Origin: Candidatus Sumerlaeaceae bacterium | Lineage (GTDB): Bacteria > Sumerlaeota > Sumerlaeia > Sumerlaeales > Sumerlaeaceae | Direction of reading: 5' to 3' | NCBI GenBank assembly: GCA_049968255.1 | Contig: JBMFRB010000001.1 | Coordinates: 32,001-96,000, forward strand | DNA: 64,000 nt | Part shown: positions 10,693 through 21,300 of the stretch, in pieces | How positions within the stretch are numbered: the first letter of the stretch is position 1 | Layout of the letters: each line of letters starts with the position of its first letter | The notes under the pieces: generated by a model | Database searches by the model: none | What the model was told of the DNA's origin: nothing | Seen by the model: the letters and a program-made list of their open reading frames with translations, nothing else | Translations under genes and position numbers: made by a program

Positions 10693-12007
10693 GCACCGGT
10701 GCGAAAGCGTGTAAGTCGAGCAGAAGACGAAGGTAGGCGCCCAGGCGAAGAAGGCTCGGCTGGCCTTGCAGCAGCTCGAAGTTTTGCTGCTTATTCAGCC
10801 ACTGCTCTAATTCCTGTGCCAGGTCCTCAATCATCGGTAGCAACGAGGGATCGCATTGGTGGCGAGAGAAAAGGTGCTCGAGTTTCGCTGACGAAAAGAG
10901 AGAGAATGTTTGATTTTGCGAAAGGTGATCGAGGCATTCCCTGATCGCTTGCCAACAGGCGGCGCTCGAAAACTCTGGGATTTCGTCGCCATCGAGAACT
11001 GCATCCGTCTCAGCGAGGCGAGGAAGCAACGGATCCTTTTGCGATAAAAAAATCACGCCGGTAGTTGCGCCAAGGGGCGGCATCGCGCCTGCTCGCTGTT
11101 CTTCGTGCTCGTCCGCAATCTCTCGCCGCGCGACCCAGAGCACTTTGCGCGAATGGATAACGAGTTGGTCGGTTAATTGTGCTAGGTCCTCCTGGCCAAC
11201 CACTAACCCATCGGCTAGGCCTGTCTCAAGCAAGGCACGCGCGCGATTCCAATCTTCCGTCGTCGCCTGCAAAACAACAAGAGGCGAATCCGCTCCCCGC
11301 CGCGCTCGACTTCGCAGAGTGCGCATAAGCCACTCGATCGCCTGGTCGTGCGGCTCCGCGAAAAAAGCTTCGAATGGTGGCTCGCGAAGCTCGGCCTCGA
11401 GATCATCTTCTTCCTCGGTTTCACGCGGCGGCAGCTCGATCGCATGCTGGCGCGTTGGGCAAGGGACCTCCTTTTCAAGCGCCTGCGGAAGATGCCAGGA
11501 ACGCAACCAGACAGCATCAACTGGATAGGACTGATTCAGTTCGGCCAACAATGATGCAAGGTAGTCGATCACTTTGGGATTCCATGGTATGAGCCAGTTT
11601 TCGTGATAGGCCTTTTCACGTGATTTGATGACCCCACCTGCATTATCCGCTACAAGCCATTGACGCAAACGGCGCCGAAAAGGCGAACGCATAAAGGGGT
11701 CGTCGGGGGCGCCTGCACGAAGCAGGTCCACGATCGCCACTAGCCCTAAACGTTCATCGAGAGCAGCTTCTATGAGCTCTTCCCAACATTCGGGCGAAAA
11801 TCGGGAGGCTATGGGCGGAAGACCAAAATCCTCCCGCACCGCTGATGGGAAAAAGGTGTGGCCGCTAGCATAGGCGATCACCGCCAAGGCGTTGATTCGC
11901 AATTCTCGCGCCTTCGCCACACACCGCTGCGGCTCTTCGAGATCATCGGGACCAACCGTCAAGGCTCGCAGCGGCGGCAAGGCTGCAGTGTAAAGAGTGA
12001 CCGTCAT
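10682..12007 (-). CDS. hypothetical protein, possibly degenerate GHL10-like glycoside hydrolase TIM barrel
   Basis: 441-aa ORF 22 nt after the SSS gene; 'INAL..GHTFFPS', '[24 protein letters not shown]' resemble GHL10 segments. Confidence 0.5.
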   Translation of the reverse strand: MTVTLYTAALPPLRALTVGPDDLEEPQRCVAKARELRINALAVIAYASGHTFFPSAVREDFGLPPIASRFSPECWEELIEAALDERLGLVAIVDLLRAGAPDDPFMRSPFRRRLRQWLVADNAGGVIKSREKAYHENWLIPWNPKVIDYLASLLAELNQSYPVDAVWLRSWHLPQALEKEVPCPTRQHAIELPPRETEEEDDLEAELREPPFEAFFAEPHDQAIEWLMRTLRSRARRGADSPLVVLQATTEDWNRARALLETGLADGLVVGQEDLAQLTDQLVIHSRKVLWVARREIADEHEEQRAGAMPPLGATTGVIFLSQKDPLLPRLAETDAVLDGDEIPEFSSAACWQAIRECLDHLSQNQTFSLFSSAKLEHLFSRHQCDPSLLPMIEDLAQELEQWLNKQQNFELLQGQPSLLRLGAYLRLLLDLHAFAPVPTE

Positions 12008-12029
12008 TTGCGTGGCATTGCCCTCCCGC

Positions 12030-13811
12030 TCATTGGACCATCTTTTGCCAACCTACACGGCGGAGCAAGACAATCAACCCGACTGTGCAAACGCCCCCCA
12101 CCGCCAGGAGGGCTGCAGCCTTGCCATATTGGCCAAAAATCACTGCGCCCGTTGCCGGCAAAACAGTGTAAATGACCATAACGCCGAGCCCGGCGGCAAT
12201 CAGCGACGGAACGAAGATCGCATCGTCGGTCTGTACATCGCTGGCTGCGCGACGAATCGGTCCCCATCCGAAACTGGCCGGCCGCACCTTACGAAAGAAG
12301 TTCTGCAGCGTCTTCTGAGATTCAGGCGGTGTCAGATACATCACAATGAGCCAGACGATAATCGTGGCCAGTGCGATAGCAATTGTCTGATACTCTTCGA
12401 TTGCCAGGAATGAGCCAGGGATTTTCGTAAATCCAAGGGCTCGGATGAGGACAAAGAAGCTGAACGACGCGACCATAGCGGCAATTTCGGCTGCAGCGTT
12501 GATCCGCCACCAGTACCATCGCAAGAGAAACACGGCGCCGGTGCCTCCTCCCAGCGCCAGCAAAAGCTTCCAAGCTTGGTCGACGGATTCAACAAACTGC
12601 GTAGCATAGGCGCCGCAGAAAAGAATGAGAACCGAGGCTGCGCGAGAAACCCAGGCATAATGCTTGTCCGACGCGGACTTTACGACGAAGCGCTTGTAAA
12701 CATCATTAACCAGATACGATGCCCCCCAATTGATTTGAGTGGAAAGCGTGGACATGTAGGCTGCAAAGAAGGCCGTGAGAAGCAGGCCGCGCAATCCTTC
12801 TGGCAGCACGTCTTTCATGACACGCGCATAGCCCACCCCCGCGTCTTGAGCATCGCGCAGTTCGGGATATTTTACTAGGGCCACAAAGCCCACAATAATC
12901 CACGGCCAGGGACGCAAACAGTAATGGGCGATTTGAAACCATAGCGTGGCAAGAAGTGAGTGACGCTCGTCCTTGCACGAGGCCATACGCTGAACGATAT
13001 AGCCCCCGCCGCCAGGTTCTGCTCCCGGATACCACGAAGCCCACCACATTACCAGAATATAGCTGAGAAAGAGAGTGGGACTCAGCCAGCTTTGCGCCGA
13101 CCAATCGGGCACAAAACGCAGAGCATGTTCGCCGCCCTCGGCCACGCTAGCGATTTGCTGATGCAGCGCCTGCACACCACCCACATTGCGAACCGCCAAA
13201 ACCGCCAGCACAATGCAGCCAACTATCGCGATAACAAATTGCACGACATCGGTGATCGCAACTCCCCACATTCCTGAGAGCATTGTATAAAAGCCGGTGA
13301 TGCCAAGCATGATGGCAAGCAAAGTCCAGTCGCTCACCGATTCTCCGACGAGGGTGACTTTGAGAACTTTCAACATAGCAAAATTCACCCACGCGATGAT
13401 GATCGAGTTGATTGGCAGGGCAAGATAAACGGCGCGGAACACCCGCAGAAACGCGGCCAGCTTTCCGCCATAGCGCAGCTCGATGAGCTCAACATCGGTA
13501 AGCACTTCGGCACGGCGCCAAAGACGTGCGTAAAGAAAAACCGTGAGCATGCCGCCCACGGCAAATGCCCACCACAACCAGTTGCCGGCAAGCCCTCTTT
13601 TGACAACAAGGCCAGTGACGGCCAGAGGCGTATCCGCAGCAAATGTGGTGGCCACCATAGAGGTTCCGGCAATCCACCACGGCAACGAACGTGCAGACAC
13701 GAAATACTCTTCGATGTTCCTACCTGCGCGCTTTGAGAACAAGAGACCAATCCCCAACGAAACGACAAAATACGAGACTACCACTGTCCAATCCAATAGG
13801 CCAAAATGCAC
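12030..13811 (-). CDS. sodium:solute symporter family protein
   Basis: EYFVSARSLPWW, SMVATTFAADT, AAYMSTLST; many TM segments. Confidence 0.93.
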   Translation of the reverse strand: MHFGLLDWTVVVSYFVVSLGIGLLFSKRAGRNIEEYFVSARSLPWWIAGTSMVATTFAADTPLAVTGLVVKRGLAGNWLWWAFAVGGMLTVFLYARLWRRAEVLTDVELIELRYGGKLAAFLRVFRAVYLALPINSIIIAWVNFAMLKVLKVTLVGESVSDWTLLAIMLGITGFYTMLSGMWGVAITDVVQFVIAIVGCIVLAVLAVRNVGGVQALHQQIASVAEGGEHALRFVPDWSAQSWLSPTLFLSYILVMWWASWYPGAEPGGGGYIVQRMASCKDERHSLLATLWFQIAHYCLRPWPWIIVGFVALVKYPELRDAQDAGVGYARVMKDVLPEGLRGLLLTAFFAAYMSTLSTQINWGASYLVNDVYKRFVVKSASDKHYAWVSRAASVLILFCGAYATQFVESVDQAWKLLLALGGGTGAVFLLRWYWWRINAAAEIAAMVASFSFFVLIRALGFTKIPGSFLAIEEYQTIAIALATIIVWLIVMYLTPPESQKTLQNFFRKVRPASFGWGPIRRAASDVQTDDAIFVPSLIAAGLGVMVIYTVLPATGAVIFGQYGKAAALLAVGGVCTVGLIVLLRRVGWQKMVQ

Positions 13812-14014
13812 GGCTAGACCTCCGCAGTGAAAACATTAGTGGCTGCAACGCCCTGCGCACCTCGGTGTTAGCAACCTGAAAGTGCGACTAGTCTTGCTCT
13901 GAGTGAGTGTCAACCAGGGATGCATTGTGGGGGAAGGAAGTATTTTTCTTGCCGCGGCGACAGCGAAAACGCTAAAATACAGAAATAGCTACAAAACCGC
14001 TTTGCGGACGGAGT

Positions 14015-15259
14015 GTGGTGACCGATGTATGGCGCATGATCGTGTGGGGAGTGTGCCTCTTTGCGGGCTTATGGATGCTGGCCTTTGTTGATGCGTCCAT
14101 CACACGTGTGTTCCTGCCGGGCGATGAGAAGAGGCTTATATCGAGCACGCCCGAGGGAGTGGAATTTGTGGAGGCTCCACCACCATGGAGCAAAAAGCTT
14201 TTAGAACTCCGGCGTGTCCTCGCGAGTTCCCCGCACAATGGCCCATGGCAGCAACGACGCAGCCCAGAATCCGCAGCAAGCGATATTTACTTGCGGGCGA
14301 GCGACCCACTTTACTCCGAGCTACAATGCGCCACAGTGAGGAATGGACGCGTTCGCTATATCCGCTTTCCTGATGGAACGACAACCAAGGTCCTAGGCCT
14401 CAATCACACTTCTCTTGCTCACATTCAGACATTTGCTCCGCCAAGCCTCGCGCGCCCCTTGCGCCGGCTGAGCCTCGTCTTCTTCGGATTTGGATGGGGC
14501 ACAGTTTGGCTGATACCGTGGCGTCGCCGGGCGGAAAATGAACTTTGGTACGCGCGGGGCGCCAGCGTCGTCGGGCCTCTCTTTGTGGGCACAGTGCTCG
14601 GAGGGACATTCTATTTCCTTAGCCTCTCGGTACCCCTTGCAAACGGGTGGGTTGAGGCTTCCACCAATCGCGAAACTTATGCAACACTCTCGCTTATCAC
14701 GTTGTTGTTCACCCTGCCCGCGTGGATCATCTGGACCGTTGCCGCTCATTCCGCAACATTTTCACTAAGGCTTGCTCCAGAAAAATTGTTACTGAAGAGA
14801 TGGGTTAGTCAGCGAGAAATCTCGGCCACGGAATTGAGCGAAGCTCGGCTCGACGAGCGCTCGTGTCCACCGTGGCTGCGATGGATCTTCATCGTTCTTG
14901 CAATTCTCAGACCGCGGTCGGCTGGGCCACTTTTGTTAGCCGTGGAACGCACCGAATACCGGCTCGCTCTGCATACCACGAATGGCGAAAACATCCGCAT
15001 CGGACTCGACTATCTTGTGCCTTTGGACGCACTTTTCGTGTGGTTCAAAACGCACCAGATCCCGGTCGTGAACAATTCTTCGTCGGATGATACCTTGGTA
15101 GAGCAACTCGCGCAAAGTGAGCGAGAACACCAGCGAACTGCCTCATCAGTGGCTGAAAGACGCGACCAGATTCTCAGAATCATCCTTGGGCTAACCGGAA
15201 TCGCCTTTGCCGTCTGGGCAGTCGTCAGTTTGCATCCTGTACCGGCCATTAGCTTGTAG
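14015..15259 (+). CDS. hypothetical integral membrane protein with bacterial PH-like segment
   Basis: About 5-6 hydrophobic segments, a soluble loop, and FSLRLAPEKLLLKRW..REIS..EL typical of bPH domains; exact start uncertain. Confidence 0.7.
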   Translation: MVTDVWRMIVWGVCLFAGLWMLAFVDASITRVFLPGDEKRLISSTPEGVEFVEAPPPWSKKLLELRRVLASSPHNGPWQQRRSPESAASDIYLRASDPLYSELQCATVRNGRVRYIRFPDGTTTKVLGLNHTSLAHIQTFAPPSLARPLRRLSLVFFGFGWGTVWLIPWRRRAENELWYARGASVVGPLFVGTVLGGTFYFLSLSVPLANGWVEASTNRETYATLSLITLLFTLPAWIIWTVAAHSATFSLRLAPEKLLLKRWVSQREISATELSEARLDERSCPPWLRWIFIVLAILRPRSAGPLLLAVERTEYRLALHTTNGENIRIGLDYLVPLDALFVWFKTHQIPVVNNSSSDDTLVEQLAQSEREHQRTASSVAERRDQILRIILGLTGIAFAVWAVVSLHPVPAISL

Positions 15260-15315
15260 CGTTGATAAATTAATCATAACTAGTTTTCCTTGTGAAGACG
15301 GGGAGGAATCCTGCT

Positions 15316-18300
15316 ATGAAACGGCGTAGTTTAGTGTTAGCACTCACGAGTTTTGCCCGACATGGGTGGGCAACGTTTTTTCTCTGGGCAGCTGTAACAA
15401 CTTCATCTTTCGCTGAAGCGGAGGTCGAGGCCATTCTCACGGCCTATAAGAACGCTGCCACACCACAGGCCAAAGAGGCAGCTCTGAAACAACTCCTCAA
15501 CAATTATGACGCCTACAAGCACCAAGTCGCGCAGAAGCTTGAGTCGGGCGCTATGACTACGGAATTCAAGAGTCTCGCACGAGAGGTCGACGAAAAAATT
15601 GTGGAGATGACCCAGCAAGCATGGCGCGACGTTGTGCGAGGTGACCCAGACGGCGTCACCCATGTGATTCCCGTCGGCTCCCTAGGCAACCGCCTGACCA
15701 ATCCCGCGTATATTCCAGGCAAGAGCGACAAGGACATGATTCCGATGGGCCCGCGCGCGACGGAGAGTGTCGAGAAATTTCGACGCGCGTTCACCTCGCG
15801 GTTTGGGCTCCCTCCTGAAAAGCTCGATATCAACGTCCTCGATCCCACGAACCCTTCTGAGTGGCCTGGCCGCGTGGAGGCAGTAGCAAATCCAGAAAAA
15901 TACAACACTGTGGGCGGAAACAACTGGCTCCAGCGAGATACTTACACCAGAAACCCCACCGTTTGGAAATTAGATCCCACGACGGGAAAAATCCAAGAGT
16001 CGACGTTTCAGTCGCTTTTTCCTAAGGAGACGAAACCGGCCCCGCTGACCACGCGCGACGCGGCGGGATTTTTCAGCGACAATACACGATTTCGTAACGA
16101 GTTGGCGCGCAAGTACAACGATCCAGCTGAGCTCATCCTCAAACAATCCAAATATGACCTGCGAAATGCGGCGGCGTATGGTCTAGCAGGCGGCAAATTT
16201 ACGCGGGAAGAGCAGGCCCTCATGGAAGCCGCCTCGCTCGCAAGAAATGGTAAACTGGACGAAGCCGTTCGTCGTTACGCGGCAGCCATTGGCGCTGATG
16301 CTAGCACAGAAGCGGGAAAGCAGGCAGCAATGAAGGCCTATCTGGAGGGCATGAACTCCCTGACGGAAAAAATTGGCAAGACTGTGGTGGCAACTCATCT
16401 GGACGAGATTGCCAAAGCAGGGAAGAACAGTAAAACGCTGATTGCTGAGCTGGGAGGAGTGCTCAACAATCTACCGCCGAATGTTCGGGAAAACATTGTG
16501 AAAGAGCTAAGCAACGATGTTGGCCGAGCAAACACATTACGGCTTGCTGACCAGGTTGCCAATACGCTGGCCAAAAATGTGTTCATAAAGAAAGCGTTCG
16601 ACGAGGCTGCGCAAAAGCTTTTCGGAAAGCCGTACGAGCAGCTCACCCCTGCGGAGAAGCTGCTTGTCCACAATGCGGGCGAAGAATCCGCGTCGTCGCT
16701 TTCCAAGTTTGGAAAGGGTGCGGGGGTGACCCTCACTGCTGCAGCCATTCTCATCAGCATGCAGCAAGCTTATGCCTCTGAATCTGCCACTCGCGGCACC
16801 GCCATTGGCGTGAGCGCGGGCATCGGGCGAGGAATGCTCGACCTCATCCAACTCGGTTATCCGCCGCTGATCGCCGCGGAGCTTGCAGGACGCGCTGCTG
16901 CCCTAGGCGTCAGCTTTGGGATCGATTCGTACAAGATGGACGTCCTTGATAAACTCTACGAGCAATACAAGCGCACGGGCAACCTTGATGATGTGCTTAG
17001 CGATGCCGAGTTTCAGAAGTATTTTCCGGGCGGACTGCGCGTTTTCCGCAACGAACTCCGGGAGGCTGCAGCTCGCGAAGGCAAGACGCTCACGGAAGAG
17101 CAACTTGATAGGGCCATTCGGGATTATTTTTTCAACCGAGCAGAAATTGATAAGCAGCAAAAAAAGATCGAGCACGATCTTGCTTGGGCGAAGGCCTTCG
17201 TGACAAACCGGCGAATTCCGCTCGTTCTTGGATCAGATTCTGATGTGGATAACGCACAATTGTCCGAGGCAGAAATGGAGCAGGCTTTGGCTGGCCTGCT
17301 GTTGAGGAAATTGCAATTTGAGCAAATGCTGCGAGCCGACGGCGTTCCGTTCACCAAACAGGATATTCTCAGTCTTCTGTTCATAACGTATCGCGGCACG
17401 CCAGATGAGCTCGCAGCCGCCCTAAATCAACTTTATCGCAACGTGGGCAAGTCGTATCCCCCCGGGGCAAAAAGATCTCAAAAACCCAAGGGGACGACAC
17501 AACTCACTGACGGCAAAACGAGTGCGCCAAAGCAGCTCGACAAGAACGCTGTGAAAATCTTGCACGCGAGAAATGCCACTGTTGTTCGAGGTCCCAAAAG
17601 TCAGCAGGGTTGCTCGCCAGGGCTGCTGCTTGGTGGCGGGGGCTCGTTTCCTGAGAAACGTGTGGATACCCCATGCGATCCGCCAATTTCGCTCGGCAGC
17701 ACCGAGGTCTCTTGCGGCGGCGAGTTGCTGGTTGTCCTGGATGTGGACAAACCCGTGAATTCAGGGTGGGTTTGGAATAGTGACACGGCGGTGCGTGTCC
17801 ATTATCAGGCACGCATCAGCGGAAAACTAGGACAAGACGAGCGTCTCGGGGTAGCATCCGGCAGTCCTCCCGACGGTGATTGCTCGATCACACTGACTCT
17901 GCCGGGTCCTGGCAAACTAAGCGCGTATGCTGAGCCCCCGCGCGGTGCCGGCCCACTCACAACACAATGCCTGGGGCAGGGCTTCAATGCTCGTATTGAA
18001 ATGGTAAAGCCATTCAATGAACTGCCGGCCCTGCAAGAGAATCAGCTTCTTCCGGGCGACAAAATTCGAACTGACGCACACCCCTGGAGCCAAGCTGTCC
18101 TCACCACACAGCAAGGAGAGCGAGTCATCGTGAGTGGCGGAGGCAACCAGGTACGCTTGGCAGAGACGGGACGGCAAAGCCAGCAGCTTGTCGTTGAAAG
18201 CGGGTATTATGGCAGCACAATCCGCTATGCACGGCCGAAAAGCGCTGCTTCGAAGCGCGTCGCCGAGCCGCTGACCATACGCGAAGGGGCACATAGTCTT

Positions 18301-21300
18301 CGGCCATCTGGAACAGATTTTCTCGTTGCCCATTTGGGCGTGACAACGACAGTTGCTGTGCTTGAGGGCCGCGTGGACATCGAGGGTGACGACGGATTCA
18401 CGACAACTGTCGCGGAGGGGACGCGGTTCAACTTGCAAGATCGCGGGGGTTCCCCACTCACGCCGAGAGAGAAGAACGATGCACTGACGATGGATGGCTT
18501 CCCACCGGGGAACCTTCCCGATACTCCGGCCGATCTGCCATCGATGGATGTCGGCGCTTATGTCGATGGCAGCAAGATTGAGCCAGGCTGGTTCGTACTC
18601 GACAAAGATGCTGACGCCAAGGTGAGTGCTGAGGAAAGTTCGGATACCTTGCGGTTTGTCGTACCTCCGGGCAACGAACTAAACCGCCGCGAAGTTTCGC
18701 TGCCGCTTTTGTTGCATGCAGTGACCGGAGACTTTGATCTGGAAGGTGAAGTCGACGTCAACACGACTGCCACGGATAACGCTATGGCCTTGCTTGTTGC
18801 TTACCAGCCAGGAGCTTATCTCGGCTTCCACACTGAGCAGCGAGACGCGGAGTGGTACGCGGCGCATTTCGTTTCTTTCGGTGGTTTACAACTGGTGGAC
18901 AAGGTGTGGGAACTGACGACTTTTGAAGGAGAGACTCGTCGCCCTAATTTCGAGACATCCCCCAGTGCGGTGCGTCTCAAGCTCACACGCCGCGGTCATT
19001 TGTGGAAATCCTACGCGTCAGTAGATCACGGTATCACTTGGCATCTGACGAGACGGATGATCATCGATGCGCAACCGACGCTCTATGTAGGTTGGGGCTT
19101 CCAGCGCGCGGCCTATGATCTCCTCGCTGAAGTTCCCGCGGAGTTTAAGCTGCGCAGAGTGCGGCTTGTGTCCGGAGATGCGTCTAGTCTTTCGCAGCAG
19201 GAATGGGACACAAACGCCCTAACAGGCGCGGCGAGCGCTAGTGAAGAGGGGCTAATAGCCACAGCGCTTGCTGATCAAAAGGGTGCATCGCGCGTGGAAA
19301 CAGCGTCGCCGCTGCCGGGCGACTTCGACCTCTGCGCAGAGTATGAAATCCTTGCTTGGCGAAATGCTCGCTACGAAACCACAAACTTCTGTTTCTACAT
19401 TGCCGATGTTGCGCATCAGAACTTCGCGTATATCGGGCGAAGAGCACCACCCAATGAACCCGACCGCTTCCACACAGATCTGCGCCAGGACGGTACGTGG
19501 GGCCGAGGCTATCAGTGGCTCGAGAATGCGGAGAAGAAGGGTATGATTCGTATCCGTCGCGTGGGGAAAGAAATTTCGACGTATTTCTGGGACCGAGATC
19601 ACTGGGAGCGACTCGACAAGGGATTTAACGGGGGCTGGGATTCGCCCGTTTTCGCAGGACTTCTTGTGGCCAACGAGGGCGATCAGGGGCTGCCGGGCAA
19701 TGCGACAGTGCGGCTGCACCTAGTCGACGCCAAGCAGGAAGAAAAGGTTGCGGAGGTACCGCCACCTTCGTCGGACGAAGTGACGATCGTGCCAGCTCCG
19801 TCACCCGTGGCGTCGGACGTCCAGGTGCCTGCTGGATGGGACGTTGCCGCCGTCGAACTGCCATTTGAATCCTCAACCATTTTTCCGGCAAAAGAGGGGG
19901 GAATTTACGTCGTCTCGAATGACCGCAGATATGCGCGCTTGGCACACGTAGCGCACAATCTGCAAGTGACGGACGCGCTAACGACGGATCTTTTCGCTGG
20001 CATCAACCGCAAGGCAGGTTTGGAAAGAACGGAGAGGTTCTGGCTGCTTATCGACGGGTGGTGGGAGGGCGGAAACCGCTACAGCGGTTTGTATCAAGTG
20101 GACCGCCGCGGGGCATGGTTCCGACGGATTGAGTCTGTGGAGCTCGGCGACCTCAGCGCGATGATGGGGATTGGTGACAAAGTCCTGTTTCTTGCCGATT
20201 TTGGGAGAGGAGGAATCTACGCCTATTATCCAGCTGAGGACAAAATGACCGCGTTAATCGAGGGATCACCTGAGCTGCGCGGTGTGGTGAGCTTGGCTTA
20301 TGATTCCAAGCGGGACCTCCTGCTCGCTGCGACCGCAAAATCCCACGGGGCAGAGCAATCGGCGCTATGCCGGATGGATCTGCGACAGAAGCCAGTGCAA
20401 CCTCGAAAAGTTTTTCTGGCCGGACGCGAAAGTGAGGATTTCGTGGGCGTGGTCTGGGACAATACGACGCAAGATCGCGATAACGTGTTGGTTGCAGTTA
20501 CTGCCGAAAACTCGATCTGGCGCGTGAGCCTGAGCACGGCAAAAGCTGAGGTGGTGGTGCGGGGAATCCCTACGATCGCAGCGTTGCGATGGTCTGGCAA
20601 TGCGCTGTGGGCTATGTGCACCCCACGAACCCTCATTCGGTTGACTCCCCCGCAGATATCCATTGCGCAGAGTGAGACAGCAGGTGTGCCCCCTCAGGAT
20701 GTCGCAGTGGGAAAGCCCACTTCCCTGCCGACACAACCGGAAGCTCCATCAGGGGGAAGGAGAGACGGAGTCACCCAAGCTTCTCCGACTAGCGAACGTC
20801 CGCGTGAACCAGAGCCTGCAAGAAAGACTCCAGCAGCTCCTCCCCCAAGCGAGCCCAAAGAATTTGTTTTTCATTCGCCCAAAGAGAGCGTGCGTCTGCT
20901 GGATTCTTATCCCACATCTGACTTTATGCTGGGGTTTTCTCTGTCTTGGACGAAGAGCGGAAGTGTCTTCGACACCATCGGCATAGATGCGGCGCCCACG
21001 GGATCCTGGTCTGTAAATGTTGAGCCTACGGGGTACCTAACCTTTGGCGTCTACGCCCCACAGGTGTCGAGTGCAGTCCGCGCGTCCAATGGTTGGCATG
21101 TCCTACGCACCGCGAAAACCTTATCTAGGGAACGGCCTGTCCAGGTGCGAATCATTCATCTCCCTTCCGCAACAACACAGATTTATCTCGAGAACGAGTT
21201 GGTGGCAGAAGAGAGAATTCCTGCGCCCCTTTCGGGCAAACCTGTTTATCTCGGTGATTATGCGCCCGATGCCCATTGGGCTCCCCGATATCCCACAGAG

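Noticed and set aside
15260-15290. AT-rich TTGATAAATTAATCATAAC as Fur/FNR box
   Set aside because: Spacing and matches fit neither consensus well; at most a promoter-like stretch
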